DNA from: Podarcis gaigeae
Taxonomy: Eukaryota
Strand: one strand, 5' to 3'
DNA: 64,000 bases
Assembly: GCA_964106915.2 (NCBI GenBank)
Contig: OZ066917.1
Below are positions 1 through 54,336 of the stretch, piece after piece (position 1 is the stretch's first letter; each line of letters starts with the position of its first letter). The notes below the pieces were generated by a model. That model did no database searches, was not told the DNA's origin, and was given only the letters and a program-made list of their open reading frames with translations. The position numbers were made by a program, and so were the translations under genes.

Positions 1-581
1 AACGTAAATTTATGTGATAGCTACCTAGTGTAGGATAGTGGTGAAGAGTTTTCTGATGAATTGTGCCTTGGTCATGAACTCAATAGCTGGGCTTGGCCAA
101 ACCAATACAGTATATTCTCATTCTTTCCCTCACCTTGGGAGCATGGGGATAATATTGTACAGAGTTGTTATAAACATTGCTAGTATATTGTATGTTCAAA
201 ATGTTTCATATACCAAAGTGCTCACTTTTCACTGTAGGCTCTGAGGCTACTTCTCTTGGTGGTTTCCCAGCTGTTTCCTCCCACCATTCCTCTCTAACCA
301 GTCCATGCATCACCTGAAGCAACCATTTTGCTTCAGCTTCACTGAAAAGGGCAAGAACATTAGATTAATTCTATTTGGGTCTAAACTAACTGTGTTATGA
401 ACTCAGTTGCTGGTTTATTTGAACAAATAAATAATAAATCTACAGTTTAAGAAAATAAAATGATTTTTTTTTTGGGGGGGGGGGAGAATCCTTATCCAAA
501 ATATCTAATATTAGTTTACACAGGGAAATGGAGGGTGGTATCCAATGCTGGGCAAGACCTATTTTAGTATTCCATATAGAC

Positions 582-717
582 CAGTGATGGCCAAACTTGG
601 CCCTCCAGCTGTTTTTGGACTAAAACTCCCATCATCCCTAGCTAACAGGACCAGTGGTCAGAGATGGTGAGAATTGTAGTCCCAAAACAGCCGGCGGGCC
701 AGGTTTTCCCACCACTG
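582..717. mobile_element. Palindromic hAT-type MITE (HMGN1 intron)
   Basis: TIRs CAGTGATGG...CCACCACTG; perfect 8-bp TSD ATATAGAC (574-581, 718-725). Confidence 0.9.
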
Positions 718-895
718 ATATAGACTGATTGTAGTACAAACCTTGGAATAACTAAGAACAGCCTGATACGCTCTCACCATGCTAACAGCTTCATTTTTTC
801 CAATGAATGATGCTTTGCACCATGCATAGAAATATATGCAGTGAGTCCTGGTAATGTGCTAAGACAACATGGCACTAAAAGAGCACTCTTTAGGG

Positions 896-1224
896 CAGGG
901 GTCTGCAACCTTTAAGACAAAAAGAGCCACTTGGACCCATTTCCGAAGAAAAAAAAATCTGGGAGCCGCAAAACCATTGCGACATTTAAAACAAATATAT
1001 CTCTGGAGCCACGGTCCGACAGCAGGAGGGAAGGTGACATCGGGACGGTGCGTGACTAACGCACCCACCGCCCCCATGCGACGTCACAGCCAGTACAGCG
1101 CCCGCCACAGTGGGGAGTGTCGGGGCACACAGTGCTCCTCCCCTTGCTAGTATCTGCCCTGGAGCCGCGGCAAAGGTGTAAAAGAGCCACATGCGGCTCC
1201 GGAGCCGCGGGTTGCTGACCCCTG
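896..1224. mobile_element. Non-autonomous hAT transposon
   Basis: TIRs CAGGGGTCTGCAACC / GGTTGCTGACCCCTG; perfect TSD CTTTAGGG (888-895, 1225-1232); CpGs retained. Confidence 0.92.
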
Positions 1225-1460
1225 CTTTAGGGCTAGATGCAAATATGTGAGCCAGCATAGCAGTCCTGGCACCTTAGATCTTTCCAAACATGTTTTAATA
1301 TGATTAAGACCAGTGCTTTTTCTGGGACTACTCAAGGGTGCACAGTACTGGCACCTTATTTGTCCTGGAAGAAAAGCTCTGATTAAGACCACAAATCTTC
1401 ACATTCTGATGAATGCGTTATTTTAAAAGACTAAATGCTGATTGTCTTATTTCATTGCAG

Positions 1461-1592
1461 GATAAGCCTGAGGAAAAGAAAGCCCCAGCAAAAGGGAAAA
1501 AGGGACCAAAAGGTAAACAGGCTGAAGAGATTAACAATGAGGAAGTAAAGGATAACTTGCCTGCGGAAAATGGAGAAGCAAAAAGTGATGAG
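1461..1592 (+). CDS. HMGN1: HMGN1 (HMG-14) penultimate coding exon; upstream exons lie outside the window
   Basis: ttcattgcag|GAT...GAG|gtaaat; encodes DKPEEKKAPAKGKKGPKGKQAEEINNEEVKDNLPAENGEAKSDE with the HMGN motifs KGKKGxKGKQ and PAENGE; HMGN1 lies next to BRWD1 in amniotes. Confidence 0.95.
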
Positions 1593-2333
1593 GTAAATTT
1601 TATGGCTTTGTTGTGTATTCTGTAGTTTTCTGGTTTAAATTCAAAATGGCTGTTTTGACTTAACTGGCAGAGAGAACGTCCCAGCATTGCCTTGTATGGA
1701 TGTTGCATGAGGACACTTAAAACAAATTTAATATCCCTTTCCACTATCCCAGAGAAAATATATTGGTAAAGGAGGCTAATGAGGTAGGAAGAAGTGGAGG
1801 AGGAGTTTGTATTGTCCAGTAATTTTATGAGTAAATGTATTCTTTGTTAACCACAAAATAATCTTTTAGCAGGATATGAGTGCAGAATGAGTATCTTTGA
1901 TGTGACTATATCATAAGAAAGCTTGATGGATTTTTAGTGAAATTAGTATGGAAAGCAGTACTGAGCATTCCTGAAAATCCACAGAAACAGAATAAGATAA
2001 CTCAAACTATGGCTGTAAACTGAAATACTATGATGGAATATGAGGTTCATCAATGAGGGGCTATGTGTTCAATATTTTACTGTAGATAGACCATTAAAAG
2101 CAATGTTTTTCTACTTGTGGATTGTATATATTAATCCTTTGTGGCCAGTCACTCTCAAACTGGTTGATAAAAATATTTTGGCTCTGTAATAGCATACAAA
2201 AATTATGTTGATCCTAGCTTTCATGTTTAGAATACCAAATAGCTTTTAAAACAATGTTTTAATAGTCCTTGGGTTTGAACTTTGAAACATATGTATATAA
2301 CCATTGTTACGTTAAACTTTTTTCTTTTTTCAG

Positions 2334-2381
2334 GCCCCAGTATCTGATGCAGCAGGAGAAAAAGAAGCAAAATCTGAGTAA
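2334..2381 (+). CDS. HMGN1: HMGN1 last coding exon
   Basis: Polypyrimidine tract cag|GCC; APVSDAAGEKEAKSE-TAA, typical HMGN1 acidic C-terminus; phase 0 matches the previous exon. Confidence 0.95.
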   Translation, partial: APVSDAAGEKEAKSE

Positions 2382-2666
2382 CATCTTGTACAAAGTCTCT
2401 TAATCAGTGGTTTGTTTGCCACCATCTTGTACAATTCAGAGGAATATTTTTATCAACTATTTTGTAAATGCAAGTTTTTTAGTGGTTTTAGAAAAGACAT
2501 TTTTTAAGCATGAGGGGATCCCTCCCTCAATATCCCATTTAACGTAGTTTTGAGTGTAAATGCTTTGTTTTTAAAAGGTAAAAATCATGTACTGGTTGTC
2601 TCTCTATATAACCAGCAATTAATGGAATGTTAGATTAAGGAGAAATTTCAAAATATTGATTACTTA

Positions 2667-2757
2667 CAGTGCTATCCTATACATGTTTACTTAGAACTAA
2701 ATCCCACTGGTTTCAGTGGTACTTACTCTTTAATAAGTGTGCATAGGATTGCAGCCT
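2667..2757. repeat. Short fold-back interspersed repeat inside the HMGN1 3' UTR
   Basis: ATCCTAT...ATAGGAT arms with apical CCACTG-gttt-CAGTGG; related copies near 4045, 7905, 8370, 43680, 49470, 53580. Confidence 0.65.
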
Positions 2758-2772
2758 TAACATTCCAGAGGC

Positions 2773-2961
2773 CAGGGTGGGCAACTTGCAATTTACATGT
2801 GGCCCTTTAAAGCTATTTTTATGCAGGACTTCAGTTACTTTAAATTTAGCTTTGTTTCCTTAAATTTTTAGCCTTTACAAATAAATTTGAATATATGATG
2901 GAAATATATGCCCAGCATATGCCAGTATCGTCCCCAGAGGCAAACAAGTTGCTCACACCTG
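2773..2961. mobile_element. Degenerate hAT-type MITE inside the HMGN1 3' UTR
   Basis: Imperfect TIRs CAGGGTGGGCAACTT / AAGTTGCTCACACCTG; no TSD recognisable. Confidence 0.55.
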
Positions 2962-5900
2962 CTGTATACTGTGGGATGGTTTTTGTAATTGTTAAAAGAA
3001 GCATAGCACAGATAAAACGTTGACATGGTGACAAGTAGGAAAATGTCTTTACACTTAACACGTATCCCCCTCGATTTGTCATCAGTAGAATGCTTCCTCA
3101 GAAAACCCAACTTGTTCCCTGGTGTTGGATCTCCCAAATTTGTTTTATCTGTGACAAGAGTTATTTTTGGTAGTGGTAGTTTATTTTTTCAACAGCTTTG
3201 TAATGTGTTGTGAACGGTTGGAAATCTGGGTGTGTAGTGTGTGTGGTGTTCAATTACTGAGTAGATAAAATTTCTGGTTAAGCAGACATGACTTTCACAT
3301 GACAGTATTTGAGACACTGGTACTTTTCTACTTTGAATTAATGGTCTATCAAAGAAGTCATAATTGTCAGATGACTGGTTTACATTCAAATTATTGGAAG
3401 AAGAATCAGTACAAATAGTTAATGTCTGTGGTTCATCAAACAAGATCCAATAAAATATTGGTCATAAACATTTTGTGAGTGTTTCTCTTCGGCTTGACTG
3501 AAAATTAACTGGGATGTAGATTTTTAAAAACAAGCAAACGTGCAGTTGTATTCCTATAACATAAGCTTTCACTTTAGTGAATGAAATTTCAGTAGTCTAT
3601 GGTTTTATAGCCATCCCCAGTATCTGTTGTATGGCAGCTTAGGTATTATATGCAATGTTTCTAGCCTTTTTTTTGCATGGAAGGAGAGTTGGAAAGATAA
3701 AGTAATGAAGAAACTCCATTGATCAAGCACACAAAAGTAAATGTGGTCCTTAACCTTTGCTTATCTTTGTTTGACTCATGAGCACAGCATTGCTGAAAAT
3801 TTGTTAGCAGCAGGCTCTTCTAAGAAGTGAAATTCACGTGACAACAAACTTGAGAACTTTCTCAATGGTAGAAACTTGCCTATATTCCCCTTTATTTATA
3901 TCTCCTCTCTTTATAGTCCATATAAGACTTGGAACAACTACCGAGATCAATAATAAGACAGTCTATACCCTCAGGTTTACAATCTAAATCAACAGAAATG
4001 AAAAAGGGGGGGGGGAGCAAACATCACAATTTTAAGAATTTCTAAAAGTAAGTCCTATTCAGTATATCAAAGGGACTTATTCCCAGATAAGTGGTGTTAG
4101 GATTGCAACCTAAGGTACTAGTTCTTATATCAACAGCAAAAATGAAAATCGGTCCCTCCCCTGAGCTGATGTGTTTTCTTGGTTTCCTAATCTCTTCTGT
4201 CTGATGAAATGGCTGCTGCCTGACAGGTGGCATTTAATAGAGTGGTAAGCCTGATGGAGCTAGATTCTCAGAGCTTTAGTAAGCACTGTACAGTTTTGCC
4301 ATTATGTGAAGTTCTCGGAATCTAAACAAATAGCACAAACTTTGGAACACTTAATACTCTACTGAAAACTCCTTTTTCAGTAAGACAGGATCAGTGGCAC
4401 AGAAAGCATAGCTGCTATTGAAATAATATGTGAAGGAGATTGTTTGCCCTGTAAAACATGTAGGTAAGGAGAACAGATGAATACAAGCTTGTTTTTAATA
4501 TCCTGACATAGAAGCACTGTGAGTCTTCTGTCCACCATAGAGATAGTTTTTTGCTAGTTGGATAGGGGGATGGACTTGTAAAGAGATCCAACACATCTTA
4601 ACAATCATAGATAGTGACACATTGAAGAACAAGATTTGCCAAAATATCTCTATTTTAAATGTGGGTTTGGCAAGGTTTCTAGTATAGAGCAGTCTCACAC
4701 CCTGATAATTCATGAGAAATTGGTGCAAGCAGTTAAATATTTCCACAGAAACTTATTGAGGCACAGGAAGAACAACACATCCAAGTTGAGTGACACCAAC
4801 TTCCATCAAGACCTATTGCAAGATACGAGTTCACTTGCAATCAGTGAGCCAACTGGAGGCTTCTACTACAATAGGCTATTAGAATATGAGTAGTCAGGGA
4901 CTGTCCCTCTGGAAGCTTTAGCAGCACATGCAGAAACGACCAAGCAGCTTGGCTAGAAGCCAAGTCTTACAGAATCTTGTCTTTTAGAATCACATTTGAA
5001 ACCATCGTGCCTTGGAAAAAATGGGGAACACCATGGGAAAGCCTATGTGAACATGGAACATGGAAAGTCAACCAGTCCAAGGAGATTGAAGATCCATCAG
5101 GTGAAATACACTTTTGCTCTAGATGGAGTACTTGGGGGGGGGGGTGTTGATTGTCAAGCAATGGAGGTGACAATAGCCTCCACTGGTGTGGTTCTTCCTC
5201 CTGCAAGGCTTTCCTGAAGGTTTCAGGTGCTCCCCCCCCCCAAACCATTCTTTTCTTTCCTGTCAATTTATAGTCTGCCCTGAGTACTTTGCATAGTTCA
5301 AAAGGAAGGCAGAAGTGACCCTGATTATGGCCAATAAGGGTCAAAGACTTTCCTCAGCATACTGTGAAACTACTGAAGTCAGTACCAGAGGCTTTCTTCC
5401 TCTGGACCTCTTCTATACTCAGTCTGCTTGTCACTTTGAAATTCTTAACCCTGAAATTCTTAAACCTTTATTGACATACACAATTCCAATAGGGTTCGGT
5501 ACAATAAAATCACTCCTCAAAACTTGCATCTTACACTTAAGTTAATGTACAACATTCACGAATCCTCATTGCGTGTTGCAGAAACCTGGCTACTATCTCC
5601 ATGTTATCCCCATCCTGATTAAATGTAAGGAAGGCTACTGTACATTTGTCTGAATGCCACTCCCTAGGGCCTAGAACAACCAACTGATAAACCTAGGGTA
5701 GATCAAATAGATACCAAGGGCAGTGCAAAAGAACTTGTGACTGATTCGATTTGTCTTATGCCCACAGGTGCATTGTCTCAGAGTATTTTCAGGAATCTAG
5801 TAGTGTGGGATTTGTGAGGACCTCGGCAGCTACAGGGGCGTTGTGGTTAAGGAGATGCTGGTGATGTTCTTTCCAGCACAATGCAATAGCTTGTTTATCT

Positions 5901-8900
5901 TTTAGAACCATACTATATATCACAAAATGTCAAAATAAGCAACAATAATGCTAGAAACATAACATACAGCTTAACTGTGAATGGCAGTAGCTACAAACTA
6001 CACACAAGCTTACTGAAATTAGAGTCCTCATACAAAACCAAGTCTTGATCGTGTATTCTAGAGCTGCAGTACTGAATAATGTTTCTCCATATAGGCTACA
6101 ACCTTCTCTGTCAATGGACAGTTATTAATTTAGGCCTGCCTTGCAAAATAAATTTTCATAAGTTACTAGCCCACAAAAGTTGTTATTAGTCATCCTGCCT
6201 GTACAGGCCTATTCATGGTGTGTTACCTTATTTAATTTATGAATCTCCTAAATTATTGAAGCAATTTCACAAGAAAGAATAAGGCAATATGAACATCCAC
6301 AATAAAAGATATAAAACAATTTTGTTTATCAAAATGTTTTCCAATTCAATATAGATACCAACTGGGATGAAAATCACTTAGGTGACTTCTTGAAAGATGG
6401 AGGTTTTCAACAGGCACTGAAAAGTATATGCCTGGTATGTAATGGGTGTTCCAAGGGGTAGGTGCCACTATGCTAAATGCCCAATTCCTACAGAACCAAC
6501 CTTCTGATAAGGTATCTACAGGAGGCCCTCTAGTGTGGTTGGGAATATAAGATGTGATCTTTTAGGTATCCTGGTGCCAAGCTGTGTAGGGCTTTTGTAC
6601 ACCAATGCAAAACTAGAATATTAACAGGTCCCACCCATGCAACCTTTTTACACATTCATTTGCAACAAAACAGGAAGTATTATCAAGTTTTCCATTTTGC
6701 CTGAACCAGGAAACCATGGTAAGCAGCTTCAGAACAAGCCAGGATATGAACCCAACTTCAAATCATAGATTTAATGATAATAATTAAGTGTCCTGTTTCT
6801 ATTTTCTGATTAGTTTAAATCAAATTAGTAAGTTAAAATACCTCCCCAAAGCGTCCCTGGATGGCAAGGAAATCTTTCAAATGACTTGCCAGCTGCACTG
6901 CGTGCGGAACCTTTGTAAACTACCTCAGTTAATTATCTTAATTGGTCCACAAGTTGTATTTAGGTTAATTACCATTCTCATCTTCACACCTTAATCACTG
7001 ATAATAATAGATTTTTTTAGCCTGGATTCTTTTATATACATATTGTGATAAATTTTTGGTTTGGAACAAGTCGTTGAATGCCTTTTCATTGTTTATATTT
7101 TGGTATCAGGTATACAGGCATCTTTTTGCGCCAGCCTGGGTGGTGGATGAGAACTGAATATCCTTCCCATTGTAGTTGTAAGCGTTGTTGAGGTTTCTCT
7201 TGATTCTGTTTAATTTATAGTTTAGCAATGTTTATGTATTCCATGATTTGAACTGGGAAGGGTGAAAATAAAATACTTTGTGACATAGTAAGCTTCCTGC
7301 TTAGAAGGCTTTCCCTGTCTGATTTCACTTCTTACCACTGGGCAGGGAGTAGATATTTAAGATACTCTTTTAGGCAGCAACTTATGACATCTTAACTAAA
7401 TAATCCTCTATGGTGTTAGATATAGGCTTAAACGGTCCCCACTTGTTTGTGTGACATGATGGGCAATACTAATTCCATAACCAGCTTTATCATTTCTTCT
7501 TGTGAATGTAACTTCTAATGCCAGCCTTGGTTTGGTTTTTATGTGTTTGTCTTATGAAGCTCAATTATATTTTTTGGGCTATATGGATAACATTCAAGAA
7601 AGTTTCTAAAAGAAACCAAACAAAGGGTGGGAAACCACATGCTCCAACTAGGCAAAACACTTACAATGCCCCTACCAAATAACACAGGAAAGTAAAAAAA
7701 TCAGGCAACAACCCCCCTCCAAAACCTGAATTACGGGAACTTTTTTTTTAAAGGCAGGCAGGGGTGCTGGTATCTGAGGCAGCCACAGTACCAACAGACA
7801 TGATGCTGGGAACTCTGAGTCCAGAACAAGAGCACAACCATGTCCTTCCACAAGAGATAGGACCTGTCAGCGGTATAACACAAGTTGCCATTGGCCCTTA
7901 TTTAAGGTTGTAATGCTACGCATGCTTGCTATTACTAGGAAGTCTTATTGAATAGTGTGTGACTTTGGGGAAAATATATAGGATCAGACTGCGCTGAGTT
8001 AAAAAACGATACTAGTAGTAGGGAGAAATCCAGAGAACCATTCAAAAAGCCCTATCAAGAAGTATACTTGTGTTGTTTTTATGTAGTACAGGCTTTTGAA
8101 GAGTAAGTAATCTTTTCCCTGAACTGCCCTGAGACCTCCAGGTAGAGGGCGGTATATAAATTCAATTAATAATGATGGATTGTACCTAAAGAACTAGGGC
8201 CAATGGATCTTTTAAATTCCAGAACATCAATCCCATACCTTTCCCCCTCTTCTTCACACATTTCCAATGAATAATGTGTTCTTTGTTTTTGTTTTAATGT
8301 GTTACGGTTATTGTGGGTTTTTGTTTTAATGATCTGCTTTGACAAGGCAGCACACAAAGGATTCAAATAAGGCTGCAATCCCATGCGTGTTTACGTGAGA
8401 AAGTCTAAAATAATGGGACTTCACACTAAACCGAGGCACTCCCCAAACACTCCTTTTATTTAGGGAAGCGCCAACATTTTCCCCTTGGAAAAGAACAGCC
8501 AGTCCACCATTAGCGTTTGTTTTGCAACCGATCCGCACTCTTCCTCGCTTAATTGCAGACCTAGAAACATTTGCCTGGGAATTAATGAACAAAACTCTCC
8601 TTAACAAAGGGCGACTTATCTCCATACGTTAACCTGCCTACTGATTTTCGCCCGCACATTGTGAAAGACCCTGACCAGAAAAGACATAGGGCGAACCAGG
8701 GGAGAAAACCTTGACAGATTCGCATCAGCCTCTTCGGGGGATTATCTGTATGAAAATGGCGCATTGTTTTTCCGGAAGAAGGTGCCTCTGTCAGCGCCGT
8801 CCTACATGTCTCTGGAAGTCAGCCCCACGGCACGTACGGACTTACTTCCAAGTAAGCATGAATAGGCTGGCGCTGCAGGAGGCAGCCAAGCGAGCGCTCT

Positions 8901-9519
8901 CACTTCCCTACAACGAGGGGCGGGAGGAGCCCTTCGCCGCTCGCTCCCATCCCTCCCCGCTTTAATTCTCCACGAAGCCTCATCTCCAACTGCCAAGTCG
9001 AAAATGGCCGCATCTCCTTCCGCGCTCCGCCATCACAGCCTTTCACCACCACCCTGTCCTCACGTAAAGCAGCCTCTTTACTACACGACGATACATGAGT
9101 GGCGTTTCATCAGATTGCGGTCTCTGTGTGTTTTTTAAACTTTTAAATGCAACCATTTCGTTCGCTTCAAAGGGGACTATTTCACCCCGCCGCCTTTTCC
9201 TTCCCTATACTATCCACTCCGCCCCGCCTTTCCTCGGAGCTACGTCAGAGGCGCGCGGGGCGCCTCAGCAGTAATGGCAGCGGGGCTGGGCAGAGATTAA
9301 TGTAGAGCGCGGCAGTGGCGGCGTCGAAGGGTGGTGCGCAGACGACGGACGTGCGCGCTCTCGCCCGCCGGACCTCTCCCTCATACATACAAATAGAGCG
9401 AAGGCGCATGGGGGAGGGGAAGCGCTGATAGGATTATGTCGAGCCAGGCCTGGGCCGCCGCCGCGCCAGACAGAGCCCTCAGCCCTAATCTCCTCCTGGC
9501 AACAGCGGCCGCTGCGGAT

Positions 9520-50826
<41,307 letters not shown>

Positions 50827-52180
50827 CCTTGACAGGAAAATCTAGCCCACTTTCCTTTTGCTAGTGATACTAGCAAGACGTTGAATCTTCTCTTCCTCTA
50901 ATTCAGGGAATATATTTATATTTTTCTATGAAAAAGTTAAATGTGGAGGCTCTCCTTTTCATAATATGACTTGCACATGCCTGCCTATGTAGCAGCATTT
51001 AGCACATATGCCAAAATGTGCCTCATTGTAAGGGGCAAACTTTTGTCTTCAATGGTATTTTGCTAAATATAGTAAGTGGTGGGAGGGGGCTGAATAAAAC
51101 ATTAGGCAAAACACAGCTTAAAAGCTGTTTGTTTAGACAGTATTATGGTGCTGCAGAGACACTACCTATGTCTTACCATATTAGCGTGTTTAAAGAACAG
51201 ATGAATGAACAGCCTGGTGTTTTAAGAACCTGTATATCAGTGACAAACTAGCCTCGCATACTGTATATTGTAAACAACTTAAAAGTGGTTACTGATTTAA
51301 AAACACACACCAGATATATGAGAAATAGGCACCCAAAGTAACAACCTGTTAAAATGAGCGGTGCTATGGATTTCTGAAAAACACAGCTTGAACTAATCGG
51401 TAATTAAGGGGGATAAAACACTTCCTGATTTTATAAATATGTCAATAAAAAGCTTCGCTGTCAGATATGTGGCTTCCATACTGTAAATTTGAGACCATTA
51501 GAATACAGGTGACCACTTGAGCCTAAAATTTTTCTTTGTGTGAATTTTTGTTACAAAAAAAGCAAAAACTTAAGTTTGTGCTTTTTTTTATTCAAAATGG
51601 ATTAAAACTTTTAATGCTCAGAGTGCTAGTATTTAAGGTGTTTTTGCTAAAGTTTGATGCCTAATTCCTTAAGATATAATTATTTATAACAGATAATTGG
51701 TGCACTTAAGCCACCCCAGCTCCTGATTTATTTTTTTTCAAAGTAAAGCACCTTCATGTTGGTGGTGTTTAGGTTGGCACTGTTGGAAACAAAAGTAATT
51801 TCACTTCATTATTGTATATCAAGAATGGAAGTAAATAGTAATACCACCCATTTGGATTACCTTCTCTAGGATGTTATTTAAACTTCTTCCCCTTCCTGGG
51901 GAGTGATCTCTTTGCTTTGTATGACCCCCATTTGTTCTAATTCTGTGAAAATTCTGTATAAGTATACCAGGTATTTAATTTATCTCTGTGGGTTTCTTGA
52001 AGTTTTATTTTGATAACTATTAATTCAGGGTTGTATGCGGGGTTTTTTTTTTTTATGAAACAAAACCCTGAACTACTGTCCTAGAAAGCTGGTTTTTTGT
52101 CTTCCACTTCTTGATTTCTCAAGGTAAAACTCCGGATAACATGGTTTGTCTATTAATAAAAGACTCCTAGTGATCAAAGT
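50827..52180 (+). other. BRWD1: BRWD1 3' UTR with candidate poly(A) signals at 51444-51449 and 52155-52160
   Basis: AU-rich and free of recognisable TEs; the distal AATAAA is followed by TCTTTATTTTTGTATGTTT. Confidence 0.6.
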
Positions 52181-52490
52181 TCTTTATTTTTGTATGTTTA
52201 GTTAGAAACTGTACTTGATATGGATAAACTTGCACATTCTGTGTTTAAATGAAGCTTCTTTGGAGTAGATTTGTTTGTTTAGAATCCTTTCCTCTTGGCC
52301 ATAAGAAATCCTAATTTCTTCATTACAAAGTTCTGCATAATGGTACGTCTGTGACCAATCTTCCATATTAGTTCAAGTAAATGACACCTGCCAACCATTC
52401 ACTGTGGCTGCCAGAGGGGCCGGATGCCCCAAGGGTTCGGATGTCACTAAAGTAAAGCATACATCAAGAGTTGCAAGCTTATGGATTATT

Positions 52491-53320
52491 CATAGAATCA
52501 TAATTGTAGAGTTGGAAGGGACCCTAAGGGTCGTGTAGTCCAACCCCTTGCAATGCATGAATCTCAGCTAAAGTATCCATGGCAGATGGCCATCCAACCT
52601 CTGCTTAAAAACCTCAAATGAAGGAAGATACTTGTCACTGTCCTTAAATTCTGATGGTCAGAACTGGACACTGTGTTCCAAGGGTGGCCTGACCAAGGCA
52701 GCATAGCGTGGTACTGTTGCTTCCTTTGATCTGGATACTATGCTTATGTTGATGTAGCCTAGAATAGCATTAGCTTTTTTTGCTGCTACATCACAATGTT
52801 GACTCATGTTAAGCTTGTAGTTTACTAAGACCCTAGATTCTTCTCATATGTTCTACAGGCAATTCAAGCGTCCCCCGTCTTACATTTGTGCAGCATTTTC
52901 TTGCTGTCTTAAGTGTAGGGCTGACATTTGTCTCTATTTAATTTCATTCTGTTAGTTGGGGCCCAGTTCTCCAATCTGTTAAATATCTCGAATCCAGAGT
53001 CTCCTGCAGCATTAGCTACCCCTCTGTTTGGTGTCATCTGAAAATCTGATGAGCACCCCCTCAATTCCTTCAAGTTGTTTATAAAGATGTTGGAAGAACA
53101 GCAGACCCAGGACAGAATCCTGCAGCACCCCACTTGTCACTTTTTTCCAGGGTGACAAAGAACCATGAATGAGCACTCTCTGGGTTTGGTCAGTCAACCA
53201 GCTACAAATCCACCTAATACTTCCTTATCCTGCCTGCATTTTACCAGCTTCTCTGCAAGAATATCATGGGGAAATTTGTCGAAGGCATTACTGTAATCAC
53301 AATACACTCCATCCATAGCA
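52491..53320 (-). mobile_element. CR1 LINE, 5'-truncated and internally deleted
   Basis: Minus frames QRVLIHGSLSPWKKVTSGVLQDSVLG and IRFSDDTK (degenerate RT motifs GVPQGSVLG and FADD); CATAGAATCATA terminal repeat. Confidence 0.9.
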
Positions 53321-54172
53321 TTTATAAGTAGCTTGTCACTGATACACCAACCTGACCCAGACTGTTTGGCTCAGGCTGACTCCACATATTTGTATGTGAT
53401 GTAAGCAGTCCACTAGTAGTTTTTGGTAAAATGGTTTGTGTAGTGTACATATTTCTATAGTTCATCACCAGTGTTTGTTAGGCATTTAACCATTCTTTGC
53501 ATAATTCATTGGTTAGTTTAAATATTGGCTGTAGCCACTGTTTAATATATGATGGTCTTGTGCTAGGAACAGCAAAATGCTGATCTCCTATACATACGTG
53601 GAAGAGTGCCCCACTGAGCTCTGTTTGAGTAGACATACATAGGACTGAAATGTAGGGAACCATGAGTCTGATGCAGAGGTTTGATGGTATGGCTCGATTC
53701 CCACATGTGGATTGCATGATCAGCCTATTAGCAGTTAGGGCATTTTCACGCTAACACGAGACTATAATGAGATCATAGCTGTAATGCAGGTGAGAAGCTA
53801 TCAAAATGTGTAACTACCAAAGAGGTAAATTTAATAATAGCAATGCCGGGGGGGGGGGGGACGGGATGGTAGTTAACTCATAATCTATTGTATCATGAGG
53901 GGAAACGGTACAAAACACAGATGCAACATATGTTAAAGGCTTCCCCACTCTCCAGAATCACACTGATCAAATTTGGTTGCTCCTAAGCATGTTTAAAGCT
54001 TGCTCTAAAATGTCAAAAGATCTGAAAATGGATCTCCCATATCACATGTGGTTGCCAGCACTATCTCAAGGGAGATAGGGTTATTGGCAGCAGGTAGCTT
54101 GTAAATTACGGAATTCAATCCACAATTTTAACACAAGGGTAGTGAACACAGTGCCTTCTAGATGTCGACTCT

Positions 54173-54336
54173 CAGGGGTTCCAACTTCAAAAAAATAATG
54201 GGGTAAGTTTCGCCCTGCATAATTGATCACATGATGCGTGCACACCATTTGAATGGCAATGCCCATCAACTTGGGAGGGGCAGGCCCCTTTAATATTTTA
54301 TTGGGGGGCCCAAATCCCAAGGAGTTGGCTCCTATG
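54173..54336. mobile_element. hAT MITE (family of 11668-11831)
   Basis: Shared CATTTGAATGGCA.TGCCC.TCA core; ends GGAGTTGGCTCCTATG; degenerate TSD TCGACTCT / TTGACTCC. Confidence 0.75.

Larger units (their letters stand above)
2382..3470 (+). other. HMGN1: HMGN1 3' UTR ending at AATAAA 3449-3454
   Basis: Block TTGTACAATTCAGAGGAATATTTTTATCAACTATTTTGTAAATGCAAGTTTTTTAGT resembles the mammalian HMGN1 UTR as I recall it; AATAAA is followed by a U/GU-rich tract at ~3471-3490. Confidence 0.8.

Noticed and set aside
869-1392. Overlapping ORFs on both strands
   Set aside because: They lie largely within a GC-rich hAT MITE with no transposase motifs
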